Shown in pieces: positions 23,024 through 32,966 of a stretch of 64,000 bases of DNA. Positions within the stretch are counted from its first letter, which is position 1. Each line of letters starts with the position of its first letter. Under the pieces are notes generated by a model. That model worked only from the letters and a program-made list of their open reading frames with translations, was not told the origin of the DNA and searched no databases. Source of the stretch: an uncultured Chloroflexia bacterium (GTDB taxonomy: Bacteria; Chloroflexota; Limnocylindria; Limnocylindrales; CSP1-4). The stretch lies in assembly GCA_963757055.1 (NCBI GenBank), contig CAVWPX010000007.1, positions 137,070-201,069 of the forward strand, written 5' to 3'. Made by a program: the position numbers and the translations under genes.

Positions 23024-23463
23024 GAGGGGGTCACGGCTCCGTGCTGCGTGGCTTCGGGGTCGGTGGTGGGGATGTCGCGGCGTTCGGGGACGAGGTCGGC
23101 GAGGGTCATCGAGTCGAGGGCGCCGGTGATGGCGTCGCGGACGCGGACCCAGAGGAGGTTGACCGTGCAGCGCGAGCTGCGGTCGCAGGTGGTGGCGTGC
23201 TCCGGGTCGTCCGAGGCGCACATCATCGGGGCGATGGGCCCCTCGAGGGCGCGGAGGACGACGCTCATCGGGATCAGCTCGGGGGCGCGGGCGAGCTCGT
23301 AGCCGCCGTGCGCGCCGCGGGTGCTGACGACCAGGCCGGCCTCGCGGAGGCTCACGACGAGCTGCTCGAGGTAGGCCCGCGGGAGGTCCTCCTCGGCGGC
23401 GATGCCGGCCAGGCTGGCCGGCCCGGTCCCGTAGTGCCGGGCGAGCTGGACCATCAGCCGCAC
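23020..23463 (-). CDS. Rrf2 family transcriptional regulator (IscR/SufR-like, three C-terminal Cys)
   Basis: Rrf2 wHTH (AYLEQLVVSLREAGLVVSTRGAHGGYELAR) and C..C..C cluster; conserved N-terminal residues continue upstream in frame without a canonical start codon. Confidence 0.7.
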   Translation of the reverse strand: MRLMVQLARHYGTGPASLAGIAAEEDLPRAYLEQLVVSLREAGLVVSTRGAHGGYELARAPELIPMSVVLRALEGPIAPMMCASDDPEHATTCDRSSRCTVNLLWVRVRDAITGALDSMTLADLVPERRDIPTTDPEATQHGAVTPS

Positions 23464-23639
23464 GCCGTACTCGCCCTTCGTGCTGAAGGAGACGGCGCCG
23501 GTGCCGTGGTAGGTGGGCCGGGTCGCGACGGGAAGGGTCAGCGGAGTGCCTCGATATCCGAGTGATTTCGTCGGGATTAGTCTACGCGGCGCGGCGGATG
23601 GGCGTCAACGAACGAGGGGCGCGTCCGTAGACTTCGGCC

Positions 23640-24461
23640 ATGGCGTCGGGACGGACAGGGCCACGGGAGCCGTTCGCGCGGAGCGAGGGTCGCTCCGTGT
23701 TCGGATCGACGGCGGCGATCTACGCGGAGGCTCGCCCCGACTACCCCGAACGGGTGTACGACATCCTCCGCGATCGATGCCACCTCGGGCCGGGCAGCCG
23801 AGGTCGTCGAGATCGGGGCCGGACCGGGGCTGGCGACGAAGCGGCTGCTGGAAGCGGGCGCTCGTGTCGTCGCCGTCGAACCCAGCGAGGCCCTTGCCGC
23901 AGAGCTCTCCGCACGGATGGGGATCGCCGCGGGCCTGGAGGTGGTCGTGTCCGCCTTCGAGGACGCCGAGCTGGTGCCGTCCTCGTTCGACCTGGTCGTC
24001 GCCGCGACGTCGTTCCACTGGCTGGACCCGGAGCAGGCGCTCCCGAAGATCGCCGCCATCCTGCGGCCGGGAGGCTGGCTGGCGCATCTGGTGGAACTCG
24101 TTCGGTGACCCGGACTGTGCCGGACCCGTTCCACGACGCGACCGAGCCGCTCCTGCGAGACCTCGAACCCAGCCCCGGGACCGGAGCCGGCGGATCCGAT
24201 TTCGCGCTTGACGTGGCCGCCCGCACGGCAGAGCTGGAGACCCACGGGTTCCAGGACGTGGAGCACGAGGCCCTGCGATGGACGCTGCGGCTGGACGCCG
24301 CGCAGACCCGACGGCTGTATGCGACGTACTCGAACATCGCCCGCCTGCCGGACGCCCAGCGGGAGACGATCCTGGACGAGCTCGAGCGCATCGCCGAGGC
24401 CGAGTTCGGCGGGCGTGTCGAGCGGCAGATGATCACGTCGATCTACACCGCCCACCGGTAG
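23640..24461 (+). CDS. class I SAM-dependent methyltransferase, about 2 frameshifts
   Basis: motif I VVEIGAGPGLATKRLLEAGARVVAVEPS and post-I LVVAATSFHWLD in a different frame (ORF 23917..24108) from the N- and C-terminal parts. Confidence 0.5.
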   Translation: MASGRTGPREPFARSEGRSVFGSTAAIYAEARPDYPERVYDILRDRCHLGPGSRGRRDRGRTGAGDEAAAGSGRSCRRRRTQRGPCRRALRTDGDRRGPGGGRVRLRGRRAGAVLVRPGRRRDVVPLAGPGAGAPEDRRHPAAGRLAGASGGTRSVTRTVPDPFHDATEPLLRDLEPSPGTGAGGSDFALDVAARTAELETHGFQDVEHEALRWTLRLDAAQTRRLYATYSNIARLPDAQRETILDELERIAEAEFGGRVERQMITSIYTAHR

Positions 24462-24508
24462 GCGACGCCGCGACCCGTCATCGACGAGCGTGCGGCGGCG
24501 AGCCGCCG

Positions 24509-25308
24509 TCAGTCGGCGGGGCGGATCAGGCGCAACGGGCGCAGGGTCAGCCCGTAGATGACGATCGCGCCGATGCCGGCGAGGAGCCCGAAGACGACGG
24601 CGCCGGCCGGGACCCAGGGGCCTTCGCGGAACGCATGCCAGGCATCGAACGCGACCGCCGTCGCGATCGCGCCGAGCACGCCCACCGCGAGCCGATGGCG
24701 ACGAGGACTCAGGACCGAGCGATCGAGGAAGCGCGCCGCACCGGTCATCACGGGACGGAGCGGACGCAGGAGGCGGATCCGCGTCGCCAGCTCGTCGCCG
24801 AGGTCGAGGGCGTCGTCGAGGAGGTCCGGCTCGGGCCCGGCCGCGTCGATGATCCCGGCTGACGCGGTGCGCCCCGCGCGAACGAGCAGTGCGCCGCGCG
24901 GCGATGACCGAGACGGCCGCCGCGAGCCACAGCCGCGCCACGAACCACGGCAAGCTCCGTGCCCGCGTCGGCGGGCGGCGCCAGGTACGCCACGACGTCC
25001 GAGACCAGCGTCACGCCCATGACCGCGAGCGCGATCGCGACACCGAGCCGGATCCGGCGCGCGACGGCCGGGTCGAGCACCGGCTCGCGATGTCGAAGGC
25101 TGCGGATCCACGTCACGCCGGCGACCAGCGCGATCGCCATCAGGGCGTAGCTCTCGACGGCGTCGTACGGGTCGACGGTGAAGGGCAGCGTCTCGCGCAG
25201 CACGTGGACCTGGGTGGTCAGGAAGCAGAAGAGACCAAAGAGGACCACCGCGACGGCCGCGGCGTTGGCCGCCAGCCGGGTCGCCCGGGTCTCATCCCGC
25301 TCGGTCAT
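24509..25308 (-). CDS. hypothetical membrane protein, one frameshift
   Basis: start MTERDE... with 4 TM helices; C-terminal TM helices continue in the frame of ORF 24509..25111. Confidence 0.35.
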
Positions 25309-25790
25309 CGGCGAACGATAGCCCTCGGGACGTCGAAGCGCCCCGCCGCGATCGACGGGGCGCTTCGACCTGCAGTACGCCGCTCGGGGAAACGGCGTCC
25401 GCGCTGGGAAAGGATGTGGTGGGAGCGTGGGCCCCGGCGGGAGGACACCGGGGCGCACGCGAGAGCACGACCGCGCGTCGGGCAGCCACGACCGACGCGC
25501 GGGCTGGGAGTCAGGCTCAGCGGCGGCGGTCCCGCCGGATGGGTTGCGGTCGCGGCGACTCGACCCCGAAGAGCGCGCCGACCATCGCCGCGATCCGGGC
25601 GATGGCCTGGAGGAATCGGAAGGAGATGGGCATCGATGAGACCTCTGGAAGATGGCCCGTCTCGCCGAAACGCATTTCAGCGAGGCGGACCGCCAGCATG
25701 CCCATCCGGTACTACGCGGTCTAGTACCTTCGGTGCACACGTTTCCCCCGCCCACCGACGCGGACCGCAGCGGACCGCACCAGCGCGAGG

Positions 25791-26669
25791 TCAGGAAGCG
25801 TTGCTGACCGACACCGAGGCGAGGTACCTGCGCCGCCACGTCTCGGTGGCGTCGACGTTGTTGAACGTGTAGAGGTGCAGGTCGGCGACGCGCGCGGCCG
25901 GGTCCGCGATCACCGGCGCGAGCCCCTCCAGCAGCCCGTCGGGCTTGTAGAACCCGCCGGACCGGATCAGCCGCGCGACGAACCGGGCGTTCTTGGTCAG
26001 GAACCGATGCGTGTCCGCGACGCCGATCCGCGCCGTGATGGCCAGCAGCTTGTGCGGCTCGGCGACGCCCGGCAGCCCGATGTGCACCGGGAGCAGCAGC
26101 CCCTCCGCGCGCCGGGCGGCGAGCCACGACCCGATCGCGACCGGGTCGAAGCAGAGCTGCGTCGTCATGTAGCTCGCGAACTCGGCCTTGGCCGCCAGCG
26201 CCTCGGCCAGCGGCGCGTCGGGGATGAACGCGTGGCCCTGCGGGTAGCACGGGATGCCGATCTCCGCGAGCGGGTGCCCGATGTCGGCCATCTCGCGCAG
26301 CAGCGCGAGCCCGTCGGGGAAGTCCCCGGGCTCCTTGGCGTCGCCGCCGACGACGAAGGCGCGGTCGACGCCGGCGCCCTCCAGCCAGGCGATGAGGTCG
26401 GCCAGGTGGGCGCGGTCGCGGACCATCCGCGCGGACAGGTGCGGGACGGCCTTGAAGCCGCGGGCCTGGAGGGCCTCGCAGAGCCCGACGGTCGCCTCGA
26501 TCCCCTTGGCCGGTGACGCCGTGACCGAGACGGTCGCGCCGGCGGGCAGGTGGTCGGCCTGCTCGAGGGCGTTCTTGAGCGGCACCAGCTCGAACGTCGG
26601 CGAGGCGAGGACGCCGGCGACCGCCCGGCGCTGGGCGACCGTCAGCCGCGAGTGGCGGCGGAACAGCAC
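25791..26669 (-). CDS. metF: 5,10-methylenetetrahydrofolate reductase
   Basis: 292 aa MTHFR fold with N-terminal ELVPLKN motif; last gene of the corrinoid methyltransferase operon. Confidence 0.8.
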   Translation of the reverse strand: MLFRRHSRLTVAQRRAVAGVLASPTFELVPLKNALEQADHLPAGATVSVTASPAKGIEATVGLCEALQARGFKAVPHLSARMVRDRAHLADLIAWLEGAGVDRAFVVGGDAKEPGDFPDGLALLREMADIGHPLAEIGIPCYPQGHAFIPDAPLAEALAAKAEFASYMTTQLCFDPVAIGSWLAARRAEGLLLPVHIGLPGVAEPHKLLAITARIGVADTHRFLTKNARFVARLIRSGGFYKPDGLLEGLAPVIADPAARVADLHLYTFNNVDATETWRRRYLASVSVSNAS

Positions 26670-26672
26670 GGG

Positions 26673-28208
26673 CTAGACGTCCGAGTCGGGCTGGGCGGCC
26701 TTGCGCCTGACCATGAACTCGAGGAGGGCTTCGTCGGTCGCGTCGTCGAGCGGCGGCGCCTCGTACTCGGCCAGCATCCGCTTCCAGATGGCGTTCGCCC
26801 GCTGGTTCGCGTCGAGCGAGCCGTCCTCCTGCCACTGCTCGAAGCTGTTGTTGTCGGCGATCTCCGAGCGGTAGAAGGCATGCTCGAAGTTGGCCAGCGT
26901 GTGGGCGTTGCCGAGGTAGTGCTGGCCCGGCTCGTTGGTGCGGATCGCGTCGATCGCCTGGCCGTTCTCGGTCAGGTCGACGCCCTTGACGAAGACGGCG
27001 GCCATCCCGCACTGGTCGGCGTCGAGGATGAACTTCTCGTAGCCGACGGTGAGGCCGCCCTCGAGCCAGCCCGCCGCGTGGAGGACGAAGTTGACGCCGC
27101 CGAGGATCGTGGCGTTGAAGGTCGCGGCGGACTCGTAGGCCGCCTGCGCGTCGGCGATCTTCGAGGCGCACAGGTTGCCGCCGGAGCGGAACGGGACGCC
27201 GAGCCGCCGCGCCAGCGAGGCCATCACGTACAGCACCAGCGACGGCTCCGGGGTGCCGAACGTGGGCGCCCCGGACTGCATCGAGATCGACGAGGCGAAC
27301 GAGCCGAGCACGACCGGCGCGCCGGGCCGGACGAGCTGCACGAACGCCATCCCGCCGAGCGCCTCGGCGAGGGTCTGGGTCGCGGCGCCCGCCACGGTCA
27401 CGGGCGACATCGCCCCGGCGAGGATGAACGGCGTCAGCAGCGTCGCCTGGTTGGCCTCGGCGTAGGCCTGCGCGGCGCCGAGCATCACGCCGTCCCAGAC
27501 CAGCGGGGAGTTGGCGTTGATCAGGCTCAGGACGACCGGATGGTCCTCGAGATACGGCGCCCCGAACAGGATCCGCGCCATCTCGACGGTGTCGCGGGCG
27601 CGCTCGGGGGCCGTCACCGAGCCCATGAACGGCTTGTCGCTGTAGCGCATGTGCGCGTAGACCATGTCGAGGTGCCGCTTGTTGACCGGCACGTCGACCG
27701 GCTCGCAGACCGTCCCGCCCGAGTGGTGGAGGTGCGGGCTCATGTAGGTGAGCTTCACGAGGTTGCGGAAGTCCTCGATGGTGCCGTAGCGCCGGCCGCC
27801 GTCCAGGTCGCGGACGAAGGGCGAGCCGTAGTTCGGGGCGAGGACCGTGTGCATGCCGCCGATCTCGACGTTCCGCTCCGGGTTGCGCGCGTACTGCGTG
27901 AACTGGCGCGGCGCGGTCGCCTGGACGATCGAGCGCGCGAGCCCGCGCGGGAAGCGGACGCGGACGCCCGTGACGTCGGCGCCGGCCTCGCGGAACAGCC
28001 GCAGCGCGTCCTCGTTGCCGCGGAACTCGAGGCCGACCTCCTGGAGGACGGTGTCCGCGTTGTACTCGATGAGCGACAGGCCCTCCTCGTCGAGGACCTC
28101 GAACGGGGTCAGCGTGCGGGTCAGGAACGGCACGTGCTCGGCGTGCGCGAGGAGTCGGGCGGCCTGCCGGGCGGCTCGACCGCCGCTGCGCCGTCGCGGT
28201 TCGTCCAT
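26673..28208 (-). CDS. MttB-superfamily quaternary amine:corrinoid methyltransferase (non-pyrrolysine; MtgB/MtpB/MtcB-like)
   Basis: 511 aa uninterrupted TIM-barrel MttB homolog (COG5598-like), no in-frame amber codon; ATG directly abuts the RamA stop codon. Confidence 0.85.
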   Translation of the reverse strand: MDEPRRRSGGRAARQAARLLAHAEHVPFLTRTLTPFEVLDEEGLSLIEYNADTVLQEVGLEFRGNEDALRLFREAGADVTGVRVRFPRGLARSIVQATAPRQFTQYARNPERNVEIGGMHTVLAPNYGSPFVRDLDGGRRYGTIEDFRNLVKLTYMSPHLHHSGGTVCEPVDVPVNKRHLDMVYAHMRYSDKPFMGSVTAPERARDTVEMARILFGAPYLEDHPVVLSLINANSPLVWDGVMLGAAQAYAEANQATLLTPFILAGAMSPVTVAGAATQTLAEALGGMAFVQLVRPGAPVVLGSFASSISMQSGAPTFGTPEPSLVLYVMASLARRLGVPFRSGGNLCASKIADAQAAYESAATFNATILGGVNFVLHAAGWLEGGLTVGYEKFILDADQCGMAAVFVKGVDLTENGQAIDAIRTNEPGQHYLGNAHTLANFEHAFYRSEIADNNSFEQWQEDGSLDANQRANAIWKRMLAEYEAPPLDDATDEALLEFMVRRKAAQPDSDV

Positions 28209-30259
28209 CTACTCGCCCCCTTGTGTTCCGACCGCGACCGCGCGGCGCCGACGTCGTTCCGGGCGGCCGTCCGCCCCGGTGGCCCGCTCGGCCCTGGGCG
28301 GCAGCGTCACGACCGCCGCGAGGTGCGGGAAGGCCGCCGTCTTGTGCGGGAAGGCCATGGCCTCCACGAAGTGCTCCTGGAACCGCGGCTCGACCGCGGT
28401 CTCGATCTTCTCGACGCGCCGGACGACGCCCTCGATCTCGCGCCGCGCGGCGCCGCGACAGCAGCGCGATGAGCGCCCCGGTCCCGGCCGCGTTCCCGGC
28501 CGACTTCACGTTGGCGAGGTCGCAGTCGGGGACGAGGCCCAGGATCATCGCGTGGGTCGGGTCGATCTGGCTGCCGAACGCCCCGGCGAGGCGGATCTCG
28601 TCCACGGCGTCGATCTCCAGCTGGTCCATCAGCAGCCGGACGCCCGCATAGAGCGCGGCCTTGGCGAGCTGGATGGCGCGCACGTCGTTCTGGGTGATCA
28701 CGACGCGCGGGCCGCCGGCGATCCCCTCGTGCAGGACGTACCCCGAGGTCCGGCCGTCGGCGACGATGCGCGGCGAGCGCGCGGCGAGCGACCCGTCGAC
28801 CACGCCGTCCTCGGTGATGACGCCGGCGAGGAACAGCTCGGCGACGACCTCGATGATCCCCGAGCCGCAGATGCCGGTGATCCCGGTCTCGGCGACGCCG
28901 GCCTCGAAGCCGGGCTCGTCGGACCAGGCGTCCACGCCGATGACGCGGATCCGCGGCTCGAGCGTCTCGCGGTCGATGCGGACGCGCTCGATGGCGCCGG
29001 GCGCGGCGCGCTGCCCGCCGGAGATCTGGGCGCCTTCGAAGGCGGGGCCGGTCGGGACTCGATGCCGCGAGCAGCCGGTGCTTGTCGCCGAGGACGATCT
29101 CGGCGTTCGTGCCGACGTCCACGACGAGCGTCATCCGCTCGGCCTGGTGCGGCTGCTCGGCGAGGATCACCCCGGCCGTGTCCGCCCCGACATGGCCGGC
29201 GATGCACGGCAGCAGGTAGACCCGCGCGCCGGGATGGGCGCGCAGCCCGAGCTCCGCGGTGGTGGTCTTCACCGCGCGGTCGGTCGCCAGCGCGAACGGC
29301 GCGCCGCCGAGCGGCGTCGGGTCGATGCCGAGGACGAGGTGATGCATGATCGGGTTGCCGACGATCGCCAGCTCGAGGATCTCCGCCCGCTTGATCCCGG
29401 CCCGCATCGCGAGCGTGGCGATCAGCCCGTCCAGCGCCTTGCGCACGGCCGCGGTCATCTCGCCGGCACCCTCGGGATGCATCATCGCGTAGGAGACCCG
29501 GCTCATCAGGTCCTCGCCGAAGCGGATCTGCGGGTTCATCACGCCGTTGCTCGCGAGGATCGAGCCGTCGGCGAGGTCGGCGAGATGGCCGGCGATGGTG
29601 GTCGAGCCGACGTCGATGGCGACGCCGTAGGCCTTGTCGTGGAGGCCCGGCCAGACGCCGATCACCTGACGGCCCTCGTGGACCGCGACGGTGACCCGGT
29701 ACTTGCCGGCCTCGAGCGCGGGCTGGAGCGCGCGGACGACCTCGAGGTCCGCGTCGAGGTCGGTGAGCTGCCACTCGCGCTCGAGCGCCTCGAACAGGCG
29801 GGCGAGGTCGCCGGTCGGCGAGGCCAGCTCGGGCGGCACGACCTCGACGTAGTGCAGGCGGACGACCGGGTCGACGGTGAAGGTGCGGACGTCGAGGCCC
29901 TTGCGGACGACCTGACGGTGGACCTGGCTCTCGGGCGGGACGTCGACGAGGACGTCGCCGCAGACCGTGGCGGTGCAGGAGAGGCGGCGGTCGTCGGCCA
30001 GGCCCTTCTCGTCGCGGTAGGCCGTCTCCAGCTCCGCGAACGGCGAGAGGTTGCCGGGCGCGGACGTGATCCCGTGCTTGGGGAACTCGCCGAGGCCCTG
30101 GGTCACCTGGCAGCGGCCGCAGATGCCGCGCCCGCCGCACACCGAGTCGATGTCGACGCCGAGCGAGCGCGCCGCGTCGAGGACCGTGGTGCCGGTCGGG
30201 AAATGCCCGCGGCGGCCCGACGGCGTGAAGATGACGAGCGGCTCGGCCTCGGCCGTCAC
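28209..30259 (-). CDS. RamA-like reductive activase of corrinoid enzymes (N-terminal 2Fe-2S ferredoxin plus ASKHA ATPase), two single-base frameshifts
   Basis: CGGRGICGRC plant-type ferredoxin Cys pattern, ASKHA blocks (IDVGSTT, VDVGTNAEIV, GICGSGIIE); frame changes near 29080 and 28455. Confidence 0.7.
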
Positions 30260-30272
30260 GGTCGTCGGTGCC

Positions 30273-31175
30273 TCAGCCCGCCGCGACCGCGCGCCGGTTG
30301 ACGCGTCGGCGGCTGACCTCGCCCTCGGGCACGGCCGGGCGATGGGCGAGGATCCAGCGGCCGCAGTCGGGGTCGTGGCCCATCAGCACGTCCGCGGCCA
30401 TGACCGATGCCTTGACCTCGGGCATCAGCGGATTGGTGATCGCCGAGGTCATCCCGCTGGCGATGGCCATCGGCAGGAACGCGGCGTTGATGCCCTCGCG
30501 CTGGGGCAGGCCGAAGCTGACGTTCGACGCGCCGCAGGTCGTGTTGACGCCGAGCTCCTCGCGCAGGCGGCGGACGAGCGTGAAGACCTGGCGGCCGGCC
30601 TCCGCGAGGGCACCGATGGGCATGACCAGCGGGTCGACGACGATGTCCGAGGCGGGGATGCCGTAGTCCGCGGCCCGCTCGACGATCCGCTTCGCGACCG
30701 CGAAGCGGACATCGGGGTCCATGCTGATCCCGGTGTCGTCGTTGCTGATCGCGACGACCGCGGCGCCGTACTTGCGGACCAGCGGCAGGACGCGCTCGAG
30801 GCGCTCCTCCTCGCCGGTGACCGAGTTGACGAGCGCCTTGCCCTGGTAGACGGACAGCCCGGCCTCGAGCGCCTCGACGATCGACGAGTCGATCGAGAGC
30901 GGCAGGTCGGTCAGCGACTGGACGAGCTGGATCGTCTGCGCGAGGATCGCCGGCTCGTCGGCCAACGGGATCCCGGCGTTGATGTCGAGCATGTGGGCGC
31001 CGGCCTCGACCTGGGCCAGGACGTCGCGCTCGACCCGGCTGAAGTCGCCGGCCTTCATCTCCTCGGCCAGGAGCTTCCGCCCGGTCGGGTTGATCCGCTC
31101 GCCGATGATCACGAACGGCCGCTCGAAGCCGATGACGACCTCGCGCGTCGCGGAGAAGAGGGCGGTGTCGGTCAC
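30273..31175 (-). CDS. methyltetrahydrofolate:corrinoid methyltransferase (MtrH/MtgA-like pterin-binding domain)
   Basis: 300 aa pterin-binding (DHPS-like) fold; IGERINPTG motif typical of MtrH-family proteins. Confidence 0.8.
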   Translation of the reverse strand: MTDTALFSATREVVIGFERPFVIIGERINPTGRKLLAEEMKAGDFSRVERDVLAQVEAGAHMLDINAGIPLADEPAILAQTIQLVQSLTDLPLSIDSSIVEALEAGLSVYQGKALVNSVTGEEERLERVLPLVRKYGAAVVAISNDDTGISMDPDVRFAVAKRIVERAADYGIPASDIVVDPLVMPIGALAEAGRQVFTLVRRLREELGVNTTCGASNVSFGLPQREGINAAFLPMAIASGMTSAITNPLMPEVKASVMAADVLMGHDPDCGRWILAHRPAVPEGEVSRRRVNRRAVAAG

Positions 31176-31528
31176 TGGGCCATGTCCGACTTGCGCGGGA
31201 TCGGCGTCTCGTGGGCCGGCGCGAGGACCGGGCCGCCGGCGACGCCGCCGCTCTGGATCAGCTCGGCCAGGCGGTGCTTGTCGAAGTCGGCCTCGAGGCG
31301 GGCGGCCTCGGCGGTCACCTCGCTCTCGATCTCATCGCCGCAGCGCCGCTGCTCGCGGCGCCACTCCTCGATGTAGTCGTTGTAGGCGCTCTTGCCCGCG
31401 CGCGCGGCGGCCTTGTCGATGGCGACCTGGAAGCGGGGATGGAGGACCTGCTTGCTCTGGCGACGGCCCTCGCGGGCGAGCACCTGCGCGGGGATGTCGC
31501 GCCACCAGATCACGGTCATCACACCCAT
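31172..31528 (-). CDS. conserved hypothetical protein (118 aa) inside corrinoid methyltransferase operon
   Basis: 4-nt overlap with downstream mtgA-like gene and 10-nt gap to upstream gene; charged helical protein, no known motif. Confidence 0.5.
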   Translation of the reverse strand: MGVMTVIWWRDIPAQVLAREGRRQSKQVLHPRFQVAIDKAAARAGKSAYNDYIEEWRREQRRCGDEIESEVTAEAARLEADFDKHRLAELIQSGGVAGGPVLAPAHETPIPRKSDMAQ

Positions 31529-31537
31529 CTCGGTCCC

Positions 31538-32140
31538 TCAGGCGACAGCGCTTCGGATGGTCGGGGTCAGCTCGCCATAGCCCGTCGAGCGGCGTTCGAA
31601 GGCGAGCCCGAGGCGGGCCGCGGCGGCCTCCGCCTTCACGGTCAGCGCCGGGTCGTCGGTCTGCGCGAGGTAGACGAGGCGCCGGTAGCTGCCGAAGTAG
31701 TCGGGGAGCAGCTCCGGGTGCCGGTCGAGGCCGAGGCCGGCCATGACGATGGTGTCGAACTGGCGGGCGAGGAAGTCGGTCAGGTAGAACGTCCCGAGCT
31801 CCTCGTCCTGCATCGCCGCGAACGCGGCCGAGCCGGCATAGAACTCGTAGCAGTGCGCGCCGGCGATCCGCTCGACCCCCTCGCGCTCGATGACCGCGTC
31901 GAGCGCGCCGCCCGTGCCGCAGTCCGCGTACGCGACGAAGAGGCGGATGTCCGGGCCGTACGTCGCGCGGGTCTCCGCGATGCGGGCCGAGACCGCGTCC
32001 GCGATGAGCGCCGGGCGCATGTGGAGGCGGGCGTCGATGCAGATCACCTTGACCCCGGGCAGGTCCCGGGTCAGCGCGAGGAGCTCGCGCGCGAGCGCGC
32101 CACAGCCGATGACGACGACCGCGCGAGCCGTCGTGCTCCA
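31538..32140 (-). CDS. DUF1638-like protein associated with corrinoid methyltransferase systems
   Basis: N-terminal VVVIGCGALARE... and DFLARQFD motifs as I recall for DUF1638; start codon uncertain. Confidence 0.55.
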   Translation of the reverse strand, partial: WSTTARAVVVIGCGALARELLALTRDLPGVKVICIDARLHMRPALIADAVSARIAETRATYGPDIRLFVAYADCGTGGALDAVIEREGVERIAGAHCYEFYAGSAAFAAMQDEELGTFYLTDFLARQFDTIVMAGLGLDRHPELLPDYFGSYRRLVYLAQTDDPALTVKAEAAAARLGLAFERRSTGYGELTPTIRSAVA

Positions 32141-32142
32141 GG

Positions 32143-32844
<702 letters not shown>

Positions 32845-32966
32845 CGGTGTCGCTCCGTCGCGTGTCGTGCCGGATCGTGGTGTGGTCAGGATGTTGGGGG
32901 TTCCACGATGTGGAACCGTACCGTATGATGGAACCGCGACCCGGAATTTAGCCGACGGGGAGGTCC

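Noticed and set aside
24748-28935. 1395-aa minus-strand ORF spanning RamA, the MttB homolog and the membrane protein region
   Set aside because: Chimeric read-through created by frameshifts; it contains pieces of real genes (RamA C-terminal part, membrane protein) joined by antisense or low-complexity sequence.
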